Both the position numbers and the translations under genes were made by a program. A stretch of 64,000 nt of DNA from Octopus sinensis (lineage: Eukaryota), in contig NW_021833024.1 in assembly GCF_006345805.1 (NCBI RefSeq), positions 248,001-312,000 on the forward strand, written 5' to 3'. Positions 37,849 to 52,460 of the stretch are shown here, piece after piece. Each line of letters begins with the position of its first letter. The stretch's first letter is position 1. The notes under the pieces were generated by a model. It saw only the letters and a list, made by a program, of their open reading frames with translations. It was not told where the DNA came from and did not search any database.

Positions 37849-38848
37849 GGTTTATGAAATTGTTTCTTTTTTTAATTCTCCAAAGCAGTCCACTCATAAT
37901 AAAAAGTTGCCTCACTAAATGGACTTTTAGAGTTGAAATTGAGGAATGACTTAGTCATACCATATTACAAGTATAACAAAGGTTATCTTGTGTTTGATAG
38001 TAATACAACGACCATCACATCCATTTCCACTTACTTCAAACAAGACAGTGCTGATACTGAGGAAATATCATTGACTAACAAAACAAAAAAACTAAAGAGT
38101 TGTTGATTGTTGCGAAAAGTGTAGGTAAATCATCTTGGGCCTTGAACTTTAACGCGTATTTGTCAGTGAAAAAAAATAAGTGCAGTAAAATCAGATATTT
38201 TTGTGTCGAGTGTCGACATCGAATGGGGAATTGGCAGAGTATCTCTATTTTTGAAGCAGGCAATTCTTTTTAAATCCAATGTATATATGACTGTAATGAC
38301 CAGCTTTGGTAATTCTGCGCATTTAGTTACTTTTCCTTGGTTCTTTCGTCCAGAAAGTTGATCAAGCGGTCATTTCGTTTCAAAGAACATCTGATATTTG
38401 TCCGAGAAATTTCCTTTGAAGTCTGATGGCAATTATTCTAACTCGCATTTCTCTTAGGAATGCCATTTTGGTTCATTTCCTAGAAGTATAACGATTTTAT
38501 TTGTATACATATGTTTTTATATTAAAGACTATTTCCTACTGTGATAACACTTAAAAGCCCTTCGTGAATTATTCAATTTGTTCGAAATAAGATATTTTCG
38601 TGTAAAAAATCCAATTACTTATAATATGGATTATCTAAAAATGTATTTCAACAAATAATACTATCCGGATATAAGAAAATTTACTGTCAAAATATCAGAG
38701 TCGTTATCTCTAATCCATCAAAATACAAGAGCAGTGATTAATGAATATATAAGAATTCGATTAAATGTGATTGATTTTACCTCAGAGTCCTTATCATTTG
38801 TTTATACGTGTACGGGAATGAGTTAATATGACTAAAACCACGTAAAGA

Positions 38849-40712
38849 ATGAAAATAAGGGTAGTAATGGGGACGTTTTTTCTACTCCATTTGATCTTCG
38901 GAACAAATGAAGGACTCCCCAGAGTGGAGACTGATAACGGAACAGTAGAAGGATTGACGACTTTACATTTAAATAAAGAAATTGACAAATTTCTTGGAAT
39001 ACCATTTGCCAAGCCACCAATAAACGAATTAAGATTTCAACGACCAATTCCTCCTGATAATTGGACTGGGGTTTTTGAAGCAAAAAAACTTCCAAATTCT
39101 TGTGTTCAGGGCATTGACAAAAATTTTGGACGTTTTCAGGGAGTAGAAATGTGGAATGCAAACACTAATCGTAGTGAAGACTGTCTTTACCTCAACATTT
39201 GGAGACCGAAAGGAACGAAGGAATCCCTTCCAGTTATGGTCTGGATATACGGCGGAGGATTCTACAGTGGCACATCTACACTTGAAGTTTATGATGGAAC
39301 AACGTTGGCGGCAACAGAAAACATTGTTGTGGTAACATTCAACTACAGAATTGGAATGCTTGGATTTATCGCACTTGGCCACCCTCAAGCTGACGGAAAC
39401 GGAGGTTTATTCGATCAACTTTTGGCTATGAAATGGGTAAAGAACAACATTGCCAATTTTGGTGGCGATCCAACAAGAATAACAATTTACGGAGAGAGTG
39501 CAGGTGCAGCGTCCGTAAGTATTCATTTGGTGTCAAAACTGAGTCGTCCTTATTATTCTCGAGCCATTTTGGGAAGTGGGGCATCAACAAGCAGTTGGGC
39601 TGTGGTTCCATACGACGAAATAAAACGACGTTCATTGCTGGTGGCGATAAAATATTTAAATTGTCCTGCAAAGATCGACCAAATTGAACTCATTTTAAAT
39701 TGTCTGATCAGAATTAAAGATCCAATGCTTATTGCAAAATATGAATTTTATGTCGTCGATGGAATTTCTCAGTTTCCGTTTGTTCCTGTCATTGACGGAC
39801 ATTTCCTCACAAAACATCCTTCAAAATCATTCGCTTTGGGGGACTTCAAAGACTGTCCGCTCCTGATGGGAACTGTCAAGAACGAAGGAAACTACTTTAT
39901 AGTCTACGAATCACTAAAAACTTACAATATTTTAAATGGCAGTGACCTTGATGCGGCAAATTTCTCATGGACAATGTCAAATTTATTTTATTACTATCCA
40001 ATTTATCCATTTGTGTCATCAATTTTGATTACTGACTTGATCAAATTTTTTTACAGTCCGTGGAATAATCCCCAGCCATCCAACATCGACTACAGATCAG
40101 CCATTGATGCAGCAGTGGGAGATTGCTATTTTATTTGTGGTTTGAACATTATTTCGGAAGCATATTCCGACAGAGGACTACCTGTTTATTACTACAGATT
40201 TTGGCACCGATCTTCTGCAAGTACCTGGCCTGAATGGATGGGTGTGATCCATGGAGATGAACTTATTTATACCTTTGGAGTTCCTCTGACTCAGATTGAT
40301 AAATATCTTTTAGAAGAAGTCGAACTTTCAAAACGAATGCTTCGATATTGGGGAAACTTTCTAAGATCTGGGTTGATAATATTTTTTGGCTTTTTTAGAG
40401 ATCCAAATAAGCCAAATAACATTGTTTCAAATCAGCTGCTCTCTTACTGGCCTCCACAGACATCGTTGGATAAAAAATATATTTTTTTGAAGACTACAAC
40501 CGACTCAACGGTACAAATGATTGGTACAAACCCACGGTCATATCAATGCGCATTTTGGAATTCTTTTATGCCTAAATTCGCTTCAAGTATTTGATTTTTG
40601 GCTCAATAAGTTAGATATATATGAAAGGTCCAGTTGCAAGGGACATGAAAAAATGTCAAGTTTTTACTATTTTTCGGTTATTATTTTACAGCTTATAAAT
40701 TTCTGGTTATAA
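38849..40712 (+). CDS. ace: Acetylcholinesterase (invertebrate ace-1-like), probable GPI-type hydrophobic tail
   Basis: Signal peptide, EMWNAN (choline-binding Trp), GGGFYSG, GESAG (Ser), KNEGNYF (Glu), WMGVIHGDE (His), SQFPFVP. Introns at 40372-40398 and 40587-40614. Confidence 0.9.
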
Positions 40713-40815
40713 AATAGTAGTTTTTGTTGAATTATAAAATATATTTACAATCGATACTTTCAAACTAAAATACACACTTGTTTGCGTGGTGGTGTACATA
40801 ATATTATAACTCATA

Positions 40816-43800
40816 ATGCAGGACCATATGTCTTCGCAAGCTTTATTTGACTATTTAAACTGTGATCCTACTATTGGCCTATCCCGAACGGAAGTAATTT
40901 CCATTAGGCAAAGAACAGGGTTCAACGAATTGAAAAAACACAAACCAACTCCTCTCTACATACGCTATCTCCAACAGGTGAAAAAATCCCTTATTCCCAG
41001 TTCACCGAGCCTATGATACTTCTCCTCATAATCTCCGCAGCAATCAGTCTAATAATAGGCCACTACGACGACGCCACGAGCATAGCTGTTGCCATTTTCA
41101 TCGTTGTGAGCGTCTCCTTTATTCAAGTATATTTAAAAAATCTCACAATTAGGAATATCGATCTGAAAAATCGATCGATTCACTAAAAAAACTTGTCCCG
41201 ATGATGTGTCGCTGGTTTTTGACGACTTTTATATTTTAAAGTTTAAGGGAAGGAAACGTGGAACTAATTGAAGCCAAAGAACTTGTTCCCGGAGACGTTG
41301 TCCTTCTTGAAATAGGAGATCGAGTTTCTGCTGATATTCGACTTTTTGAAGTATAATTTTTAGCTATTTTAGGCCGTGGATTTGTTTGTAAATGAATCTG
41401 GTTTTACAGGAGAAAATGAGCCACAGCACAAGATTGTAGACGCCAGTGGGACTACAAATCGGTCCCTGGTTTATATGGGAACTTATATAGTTGGAGGACA
41501 CGGCAAGGTTGTTTGTTTTTTGTTTATTTTTTAGGGTTTTGTGGTAGCAATCGGAAGTAGCACACAGTTTGGGGAAGTGTTTGAACTTGTGCAATCAGAA
41601 GAGGTTGATTGTCCAAAAATGTTAATTTTAAAGCCACCAAAAAGTCCTTTGCAGATAAATATGTATATTTTGGGTAAACAACTCACAATTTTCTCTCTGA
41701 CTATAATCGGACTCATTATGGTGACGGCGTTTTTCCAACACAGAGAGATCCTTCATGTTTTTACTACTGCTGTGAGGTTATTGGCTCATTTAATACTTGT
41801 AGTTTAGCAGTGGCCGCAATTCCCGAGGGTTTGCCAATCGTGGTGACAGTTACGTTGGCCATTGCTATCATTCGAGTGGCCAAATTACGTTGTATTATAA
41901 AAAGGATGTCGACAGTGGACACATTGGGTAGTACTACTTACAATATATAGCCTGTGTCAATGTTTGTTGTTGTGATAAGACGGGGACACTCACAAAAAAC
42001 GAGATGACTGTCACTGACATGATCACCCCCGATGGGGAACATTTCAATGTGAGTGGTGCGGGCTATTTTGAGGACGGAGTTGTGTATTTGGCGGGAAATC
42101 CTGTTGTACAGGAGTCCGCACTGTCCCTTTCTTACCTCCTAGAAGTAGCCCGTATTTTATAAGTGTGTTTAGACGGCCTGTGTTTGTTGCAATGCTGACT
42201 TTCCTACACCTGGAAGCGTGAATGGTCAGCCGACGGAACTGGCGATATTAAAATGTGCCCAAAAGGTTTATTTGCTTGTGGGGATTTCTTTAGTTCAGAA
42301 TGGAGGATCCTCGGCTTAGACGTTTTTACAGAATCAGAGAATGGCCGTTTAGTTCTGAGTCAAAAACGATGGGAGTTTTGTGCACGATAAACGACGTATT
42401 GCCTACATTAAAATTCTAAAGGGATCACAAAACGGGAATGTCTATTTCTTGAAGGGGGCTTATGAAATAATCATTTCTCGGTGTTCTTTTTACTTTGATT
42501 CAATCCGTGGATATTCTCTTCCAATTTCCGCCCAGGATTTGAGTCGTTTTTCGGCACATGTAAAAGAATTGGCATCCAAAGGTCTCCGAAGTAAGACTAA
42601 AATAAATAAATCGAGTCATTTCTGTGGCACGTGGGTTTTCGGATGATGGAATGTCGTATGTGGGGTCGATTGGACTGATGGATCCACCCAGAGAGGATGT
42701 CGTTGAGTCCATACAAGTCCTACAAAGGGCTGGCATAGCTGTGAAAATGATAACCGGAGATTCACAAGACACAGCCCTCTCGATTGGTTATTTTATTAAG
42801 TGTATATTCAGCTGGGAATTTGGGAATCCGATTGCCGAATGACCGTTATTTGTCGGGGGATGAAATAGAAGAGATGGACTTGATGGAGACGACTGTGTTT
42901 TATAGGACGAGTCCCAAGCACAAGCTGATTATAGTGAAGGGACTGCAGTCGACGGGGAATGTGGTTATGATGAGTGGAGATGGAGTGAATGATGCAGCAG
43001 CACTGAGGTGTGCAGATGTGGGAATAGCCATGGGAATGACTGGAACTGACACCTGTCGTGAAGCAGCCGACTTGATTTTAGCCCGAGATGAGTTTAGAGT
43101 TATTGGGTTGACTAATTTGGCTGAAATCAACAGAAATGCTGTCGCAGAGGGGAGAAGTATAATTCATAATATCAGGAATTTTGTCAAGTTTCAGCTTAGT
43201 ACTAGTTTGGCTGCATTGAGTCTGACTGGGCTGGCTACACTCGCTAATCTGCCCAATCCACTCAATGCAATGCAAATATTGTGGATTAACATTATTATGG
43301 ACGGGCCTCAGGCTCAGAGGTGTGTTGTTTGTGTTATTTTAGTGTCGCAATGGAACCGTTTGACAGTGATGTGATGAATAGACCACCTCGCTGTGCAAAT
43401 GAACCCATTATTACTCGGAAATTGCTTTTTGACATAATTTTTGCAGCCTTTATTATAACGACGGGGGTTTTTGGTCTTTTTAAGGTGGAATTGAGTCGTG
43501 GGGGCTCCCAGTATTCCACAAAGGCATTCACGTGCTTTGTCTTTTATGATATGTTTAATGCACTTAATTGTAGATCTGCTGTATTTTGTGTATTATTTAG
43601 ATATTTTTAGGACAAATCAATTTTCTCTGTTGGTTTTTTCAAAAATAAGTCTTTTGTTGTGGCAGTTGTGTTTTCGTTAATTGGACAGCTGTTGGTTATA
43701 TATTTCCCTCCATTGAAAAAGGTTTTCCAGACTGAAGCACTTAAATTAAATGGTTTATATTATTTGATTAAAATTAATAGATTTAATCAAAATTTTATTA

Positions 43801-43902
43801 ATTTCATCGAGTATATTTATTTTATTTGAAATTAAAAAGTTTGTTGTAAGTCGAAGACACGTGTTTTTAAATTATTCAAAAAATTCAGATATTTTAGTTT
43901 AA
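40816..43902 (+). CDS. ATP2C1: Secretory-pathway Ca2+/Mn2+ P-type ATPase (SPCA)
   Basis: [62 protein letters not shown]. About 15 introns of 22-30 nt. Confidence 0.92.
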
Positions 43903-43959
43903 TTACTTTTTTTGCTCTGTTTATTTATTTAATAATAATAAATTTTTAAATAATTAGTG

Positions 43960-44645
<686 letters not shown>

Positions 44646-45057
44646 TTCACTAACATTTTTAACCGTTTATTAATAAAGTCTGAGAGTAATACATTTTTTA
44701 TTTAGAGTTTTAAATAATTGTAGAGATTGATAAAAATGGCACGGAAATTGCTTTTTTTTACATCAGTGAAAATGGTGAATTGATTGTTTACTATTTAGAC
44801 CAGTGGTTCTCAACTTTTGTTTTTGTATTGCTTCTTTATTTTTTAATGAGATCCTTATTGTTGATGAAGATTGACAAGTTTTTCAAAATTAGTACTACTT
44901 TTCGTAAGTGTGATTCTAATGTCTCCTCTTTCTTCAATGTTTAGTTTGTTTTTCTTCCGATCATACTATTCAGAGTTCCGAATCCTCTCTATATGCATTT
45001 TAATGTAGGAAAACATAATATTATTGGCATAATTTTTTACCATAATTTCGAGAATTT

Positions 45058-45175
45058 TGAATCCGCTTGTTTTAGTCAAAAATTTGAAATTTCCTATGAA
45101 TAATTCTCGAATCTGCTCTTCAAGTATTAATGAAAATTATTTTTTACCTAATTGTAAGTTAAATTAATTAAAATT
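45058..45175 (-). repeat. Partial second copy of the pogo-type MITE body (empty site for the Tc1 at 57229)
   Basis: Its reverse complement aligns with 57130-57228 joined to 59680-59720. Confidence 0.75.
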
Positions 45176-46519
45176 CTAAAATTTTCAATATACGCTAATG
45201 ATGTGTTTTTGTGTTAGCTTTCTACCAGCACAAAAATTTTTATACCAAAATATATTTGTGACAACCCATATGTTTCTGCACTTCAAATTTTCAGCATTCT
45301 TTCTTCACGAGCGAAAATTTCTTCAAGAACCATAAACGACTTTAAATAAAATAAGATTTTTGATTAGGACTGATATCAAAAAATTAAACATAACTAAAAT
45401 TCCAAACTCAAATTCAACGAAATTGGTAAAGCGATATATTCTCTCTTTGTTGTGATCTGGCCTTTCTCGTCGAGAAAGTGAGGAAGGCCGGGGATGCATA
45501 ATGGACAATCAATTGGCACTCATTGAGTCGGTGAGTGGCACGTAGTATTTTAGAGTTTTGTGGAGAAGGTGTGTTTCGTTTAATCTCGATTTTAATGGAT
45601 TCTACTCGAATATTATTAATCACTCTTGAATAGTTGAATCAATTATTGTTGAGCCAGGAGTTCCCATTACAACATTAAACATTGTACTACAGCGGCGAAT
45701 CTGGCCTTTATTGTCTCCCGGTTTCGCCCGTGCTTAAATAAATTACACGACACTACTAAAATGATTAGTCTAACAAGGTCGTTCGAGAATTACAATGTCA
45801 CAACCAATCCTGGAGCAGTATTGTACTATTCCCGATCTTGCGTGTAAAAAATAACTGAAATGAAACTTACTTGAGACTTGAAAAACCCACCAAAGACCCG
45901 CGAGCCAGCTTTTGCCGACCTATGTGCTTATTAATAATAGTAATCCGGGTTTTATAAATTTGTTAGTGACAATGAAAAATATCATTTTTGGTAGCTCGGG
46001 CCTAAATGGTGGTGTCGTAGCAACTCCTCACAAAGTGAACGTGATCCAAAGTTGGATTCTCTCTTAGGGCGGGGTCGAACTGTATTATTATTAACCCGCA
46101 AGCTTGCATAGCATAGCAAACTCAGCACAAACAGTCATAGCTAACTAATCGAATGGAGAAGCTAAGGAAGAAGAAACTGTCTGTGCCAATCACCATTAGC
46201 CTTCAAATCTTTAATACAGCCTTCCGGATCCAAAGAGAGGTAGGGAATATCTGGTTCGCCCAGTTCTCATTTGTCAGCCTCCTACCGTAGCTTACCGCAC
46301 GTCATTTGTTTTCGGAAGGGTTTTACATAATGAAGAATTTTTCATTGGTAATGTGATCAAGGGACTGTATTTTTTGTATGTTAAAGCTTGATAAATAATC
46401 AAAATGCATAATCAACCATTTTTAAATTCGAATCAGATTAATAGTAAATTGAATTAATTATGTAAATTCTATCTTAAATTATTTAAGAATCCAGATCGAA
46501 TTATTTAATTTGCTTTAAA

Positions 46520-46620
46520 CGGTCTTGCGAGGTAACTCCACTTCGATTAAATGAATTCTCTTTTCCTCTTGTCATAAACGAAAATATCAGGTTTATTGAA
46601 TTGAACTTTCGTTTCAGTCA
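46520..46620 (-). mobile_element. Small R4-like RLE fragment
   Basis: VQFNKPDIFVYDKRKR..IEVGVTSQDRLKQ-like peptide with a frameshift. Confidence 0.6.
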
Positions 46621-46819
46621 TAATTAGGGCAATTTAAGTTAAAAGTTAAAATATATGAAAATGTGTATTTTGGCTTAAACAAAATAAATAAAGTATTTTT
46701 TAAATGAAATAGTTACTTATTAAAGAAAAAAATAAAGTTAAAAAGTTAAAAAAAAATTTTATAAAGTTAAAAATTTTAACTTTATTTAAATAGCGCGTGG
46801 GGGTTTAGTATGCCAAGAA

Positions 46820-47720
46820 CTGCAAAAACAATGTATTTAAGGCAAAAAAATTGTTATTGAATATCGCTGGAGTTTTTATTACGAGAGAATGCGAGTTGCA
46901 ATGTCAATTTGCTTATGCACAGTCAGGTGTGAGGGAAAAGCATTTTGTGAATTCTCACCGAGAGAATCGAAGAAGCACCAAATTTATTAAGTTTTTACAA
47001 TTAATTTAATTTTTAGAGAATAATTTCTATCAGCTTTGTTGGACGAGTTACCAATGATGACTGGTCAATGCAAGTCACTAAGCATTTATTCAATGCGATT
47101 TACCCTTGCATAAATTGACTATGCCTCCTCTAAAGAATTTATTCAAGAATACTTCTTTGCCTCTTCCTTCCCAATACAAAGCAAGAATGTGCGTTAAACA
47201 ATTGAAAACTGAATATATTGATTATTTTCAAGAAAGTTTAGGTTTTGAATATATAATTTTTAGAATCAACTTGTATTCGCCATAAGTGACGAGGTCACTA
47301 TTCGTAGTCAAAAATTTGTTGCGTTTTAAGGGGATACTTAAAAATCCGATAAAACTTATTTGATTTCTTTCGTAAAAATTGATAAAACTTCTACCAAAGA
47401 AACAATTATTCAAATTGTTGACGATACGATTAAATGCGTTTAATTGAAGACAAAATTTCCTTCTCCTAATAACAGATTCCGCTAAATATATGCTAGCAGG
47501 TTTTAATTTACATATAATTATAGCTGGAAAAGTTCTTAAGCTTTTATATCCAAGGTTATTTCACGTAACTTGTGTTGCTCATCTGATGCCATAATTGTTC
47601 AATGAAAATCAGGACTATTTATCTGAAATGATTCTCTTATTGCATCAATTCAAGCGGCAATAACAAAAAATAACAGAGAAAACGACTATTTAATGAAATT
47701 GGAATTCCACCTATGTAGTT
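46820..47720 (+). mobile_element. Degraded hAT/CGGBP-type transposase remnant
   Basis: LTDSAKYMLAG..LKLLYPRLFHVTCVAHL motif, with stops and frameshifts throughout. Confidence 0.5.
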
Positions 47721-47724
47721 TTAA

Positions 47725-48903
47725 CTAGATGGGGTACTTGGCTAACTGCTGCATTTTATTATGCAAAAAATTTAATGGACCATTGTTCCCTTTCGATAGC
47801 CATTGCGAAGAAGTAGATATGTCGACATCTGATTCCTCCATACATTTGAACATCACCGAGTGTAGTGATTTACTGTTAATTCGGTTAAGCAAGAGTTTCC
47901 TTTGTGCGTCCTTCAGTAACTCAATAATCAGATTTTCCCTGCCGACAGCTGCATATTTGAAGACAAGAATTCTGCGATTGTGGCTAAGTGCCATTTTTTT
48001 CCTTTTATTACTCGCAGAATACCGACCTCCGCAGACAGGTAGTCGACTGTTTTTCCAAACTTTAAGAAACTGGAAGAGTATTTATTCGTTTTGAAAGAAA
48101 TTGAGGCAAGTCCTCTTCCAAGGTCTTGCGGTCCAAATAACCTCTCCTTATTTGCAGGTGTGTAACTGAGAATCGTAAGTAATCGGCGTATTGTTGGTCA
48201 ATCTCATCAATTCGCCATCACCAAACCCATATAGGGTGGCTTCGTTGCTCGAAAATAAATTTCGATAAAATCTTCTGCGGTTTAATTCAAAACACGCATG
48301 CCTCTCCGGAAATCCTTCCTCAAGGAATGGATAGATATCTGTTTCTTTTTTATTCTAATTAGATCATTCAATAGAGTCTCCATTCTGGTTAGCTCCCCCT
48401 TCTTAGACTTCTTATATCCGTAGCGGCAGAGAACATTCATTGCCTTTTGCTTTTCTGCCTGAGGCAAGGTTTGTTTGAAGAAGGAACGAACTGTGTCAAT
48501 TTCATCTGCTAATTTAGAGATTTTTCTTTCCATGTTTTCCAACCATGTGGTCTGGCTCTCGTAGTTAAGGCCAAATAAGCACACTGTGCAGAGAATATCG
48601 GTAATTTGATTAATATCTTGGGGCGGATCATCTTTTGTAATATGATAAATTGCAGAGTTTAATCCAGCCAGGATATCAATCATCTTGCACTCTGGAAGAG
48701 TCGCATCTCCCTTGCACATTGTTATTCCGTCTAGCCATGCTCTTTAGTTGACATAAAATGGAGCACTTTGCCGAGTAATTCTCATTGAACTTCTCCAGGA
48801 CAAGGTTCCAGCCACCTCTTGGCATCCTTCCAAGTCTACAGGAAGGCCCGTAAGTTTCGTTTTCCTTAACTGCTTGGAAACGTACATGCACACACCACAA
48901 CAA
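47725..48903 (-). mobile_element. Internally deleted R4/Dong-like copy (divergent relative of 34224-37848)
   Basis: RMPRGGW, YGYKKSKKGE and LHSVMFK..DISTSSQWLSKGN align with the larger copy; the RT core is missing. Confidence 0.75.
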
Positions 48904-49168
48904 CTATTATGACTTATTTATTTATTAAATCACCAAGACCACGCTAAAAACCGAACAAACGGATAATCAATAATGATTTTAGAAATAAATATTCTAACCT
49001 AATTAAAAAGTGATAAAAACGAATAAAGTTTTAATAATGGTTCTCAAGTAAACTATTCGCATCCTCATCTATAGCGACTTTTGAGTTTACTGAGAGATGA
49101 CTTGATAAGCATTCAAAGTTTTCAAAAGAAAACACTTTTGGCTGGTGAAGCGAATTTATCCTGAAATA

Positions 49169-50991
49169 TTAGTTTCTAAAATCATACGGAAAGTAGTCAT
49201 TATAATCTAAAAATATATTGCCATAATTTAACCACTGTAGCTGTGGCGAGTCTTTCGAAGCCAAAGGAATATCCCCAACAATAAAAGCCCAAACACAAGA
49301 ATCAGCGCTAAAGGAATCCATAAAACGTAGACAAGGGAAATTCCTTCTTCCCACTTGATTCTCACTGGGATAATCAGACACCATAAACTTACAATTTGCT
49401 AAAGAAATTGTAACTGTGCGGTTTAATTTAATAAATCCGTCGGATAAGATACACGTGAAAGATTTTGTCTCATTTTCCATTTTTTTCAGTTTGTCGGACG
49501 GCAATGTAATTATGAAACTACTCTTGTTTCCTTCATCTAATATAAAATAGATTGAATTGTTCAGTTCAGTAGGTTTGCCTTCATATAACCAGCTTATTTT
49601 TATTTCTCGAATTGGGTCAACAGTTCCTTGGCACGTAATTCTTGGTCGGTTAAACAAAACTATTTCTTTGTTGTTGGGGACAGAGATTGTTGGATATTCT
49701 ATAATTTTGAGGTAAACTGTTTTCGCATTTCGTCCAAACTGATTTTGAGCAATACATTTAACACTCAGCGATTGAGTGGCCTTGGAAATTTCAAAAGTTG
49801 TTTCATTTTTGATATGCATATTATTATGTTTATTTAAATCTGAAACGATTAATTACTACAACTACCGTATTCCACCGAATCGACATACCAAGTTAAGGTA
49901 GGAATTGGGTAGCCTGCTTTTGGGACACATTTAAATGTCACATTATCTCCTCTTGTGGCATTCACTGAAATTAATGAACTGGAAATGATAGGCATTTCTG
50001 GCAATATTTAACAAAATATAACCATAAATAGAAACAGTGAACTCATATTTGTGTTTAAGAAGATACTTTTTAAAAAAGGGAACACACGAATATAATTTTT
50101 TTGGAATTATTTCACTCACATTAATTGATATAAAGTTATTTCCGATGAACGTGTCTCCTTCAAAAATGCCAATAGTATTATAATTTCTAAAAAAAAATTT
50201 TCGAAGGAAACCTCCCAAAAAACAAACAAGGGTAAATTTTTTCAGATTTTCCAAGCTCAATTTTTATGTCCTGTCCTCTTGGGTAAACATGGACCAAATC
50301 AAAAAAAGTTTCTTTTATAAGAAAATAATAATACCATTAATTGGATTTTCAAAAGTGTACGATAAGTAGTAATTTGGATCAGCTTGTTTAATGCACTTGT
50401 ACACATATTTTAAGTCTTCTTTGAGCAAATATTTGATGTACAAATCGTTATCTATAATCACAAGTCTGTGACTCATTGACGTCGAGATAATGTCTTCTGG
50501 ATCGTTTCTCATTATTTCATTGTTGTCTATTATCTTAGAATTCTGACGTTTGATCCAAATACAGTCATTGCCTCTAAGGACTGCATAAGGGGAATTTTGT
50601 TTTAAAACTATAATAAATTGTCTCAGGTATACCAATATTCATATTATTGAATGACGTTACATTCATTTCGAGAGATGTTTCACGACCGCATTCGTTTTCG
50701 ACAGAACAGGTAAAGACTCCTGGCTGGATGTAGTGCTTACTGAATACGAGGTTTCTTCCGTCCATATGGAAAGGTACAATTTGCTTAAAATCAATGGAGA
50801 CACCATCTATTGTCCACCTGACTATAAATAATAATATCAAACATGTAGTTTTTTTCAGGAAATGTATTTATAGGACATTCTATGTGATAATACGTGTCAT
50901 TAAGAAGAATTGTAGTGTCGGACGTGTCCATATATGGAGGGAGACAGACATTCGCTGTAAGAGTAAAAAATAGGAACAGATAAAGCAGCAT
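49169..50991 (-). CDS. Type-I membrane protein with about 5 Ig-like domains (paralog 1)
   Basis: Signal peptide; Ig motifs HIECP..W..FTCSVENECG, FKCVPKAGYPIPTLTW..KCIAQNQFG and TCQGTVDP..ISW..FTC. Splicing a 28-nt intron reveals the TM segment LVYVLWIPLALILVFGLLLLGIFLWL and a Tyr-rich tail. Confidence 0.78.
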
Positions 50992-51945
50992 TTATGTTTA
51001 TTATCGGCTTTTTTATGTTAAATATTTGCGGAAATTCTTTTCCGATATTTGGTGCAAAGAAAACAAGGTTTAGTCAAAATCAATATCTTACATTATCACA
51101 TTCAGATAAGCCATATCTCGGCCTAATGCTAGTTTTACTGTGTCAGGGTTAACTAATGGGATCAATTATTGCTATATTAGTCTCATAGATGGAACATGAA
51201 CTCATTTTATTTCCAAATATGTCAACTAAGTTGTTTTCTGATAGGGCTAAAAAATTAATTCAAAGTTTTATTGTTATAAATGTTTAACTGAAATGAACAG
51301 ATTGAATCAATTTCTTTAAAACCAACTGAGAAAAATTATAGAGATAAAATTACCAAGAAAAATATCAAACAGACATTCAGGACCGATCAACGTGAATATT
51401 CTGAATTCCAGATAGCGAGTGTTTGGCCACGTATTAAGACTGGACAGTATCATTTCTCCAAATATCGCACTAGAAAGCTATTTTAATTGATCCGAAGGCG
51501 CATTCCGTAAAAAGCCCAGAGCCACTCTACCTACTCAAAACTTTTGATTTTTAGTTACTGCAAAATAATAATAATACATAAATGTTTAACAGAATATAAA
51601 ACATTATCCAGCCAGAATAAGATTAATATATAAACGTATGAACATAATTGTTTTCAGATTTTCAACTATCTGTTAAAAATTAGTCAAGATCCTTGTTGAA
51701 ATAAAAAGTAGGTCAATTAATTTATATAAACCTTTTACAAGTTTAAAACCCACTTGTTGGAAACACTCAAAGACAAATTAGTTAATGTATCACATAAAAA
51801 CACTAACAAACAGTCGTTCTGTTTCAATAGAAACAAATTAGAGTGATGTTAAATGCTCAAGGAAAAGAATAAGGCTATTTTATAGAGATTCGAATTTAGA
51901 CAATTTATTTATTTTACTAGTTAGGAAGACAGGAAATACTAGCCA

Positions 51946-52460
51946 TTATCGACGACGGGAAATTTTTAAAAGAATGAGGCACCGGAGTGTCTCTACTGAG
52001 CAGCATATTTCCCTGATAGACACTTTAGATATCTGACGTCCACTACAAAGCAACCGCGCCTTCTCCAGGACGGACTGTATTTTGGGGACGCAGGATTCAT
52101 AAGCGTTATCCAATTTTTCTTTGAGATCGAGACCGTAGGCCAACTTAATGGCGTAACGCCTCGTTTTCTCGAGTTTGTTGATTAGACAAACCCTCTCACT
52201 TGTGTCATACCAGCCCTCAAACCCGTATGTGAGAATCGGTTGTACACATGTCTTGTATATGTAGATGTATGTTTCTGGTCTCAGATAAAATCTGATCAGG
52301 CTTCGTAGGATTTTAACGGCTCTCTTCTTTTGGGTATCGATATGATTTCCCTAACTCCAAAGACACGAGCAGTTTCGTTCCTCCGCTTCGACAGCCTGCA
52401 CACTGTGCTCTTGTCACGGGCCAGCGTTAGACCTTTGCACGAGTCCATTCCATTATCCTT
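51946..52460 (-). mobile_element. 3' fragment of the same APE-LINE family as 18900-21500
   Basis: YKTCVQPILTYGFEGWY..KLEKTRRYAIKLAYGL versus LTYGFDGWY..KLEKTRRYAIKLANGL. Confidence 0.8.
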
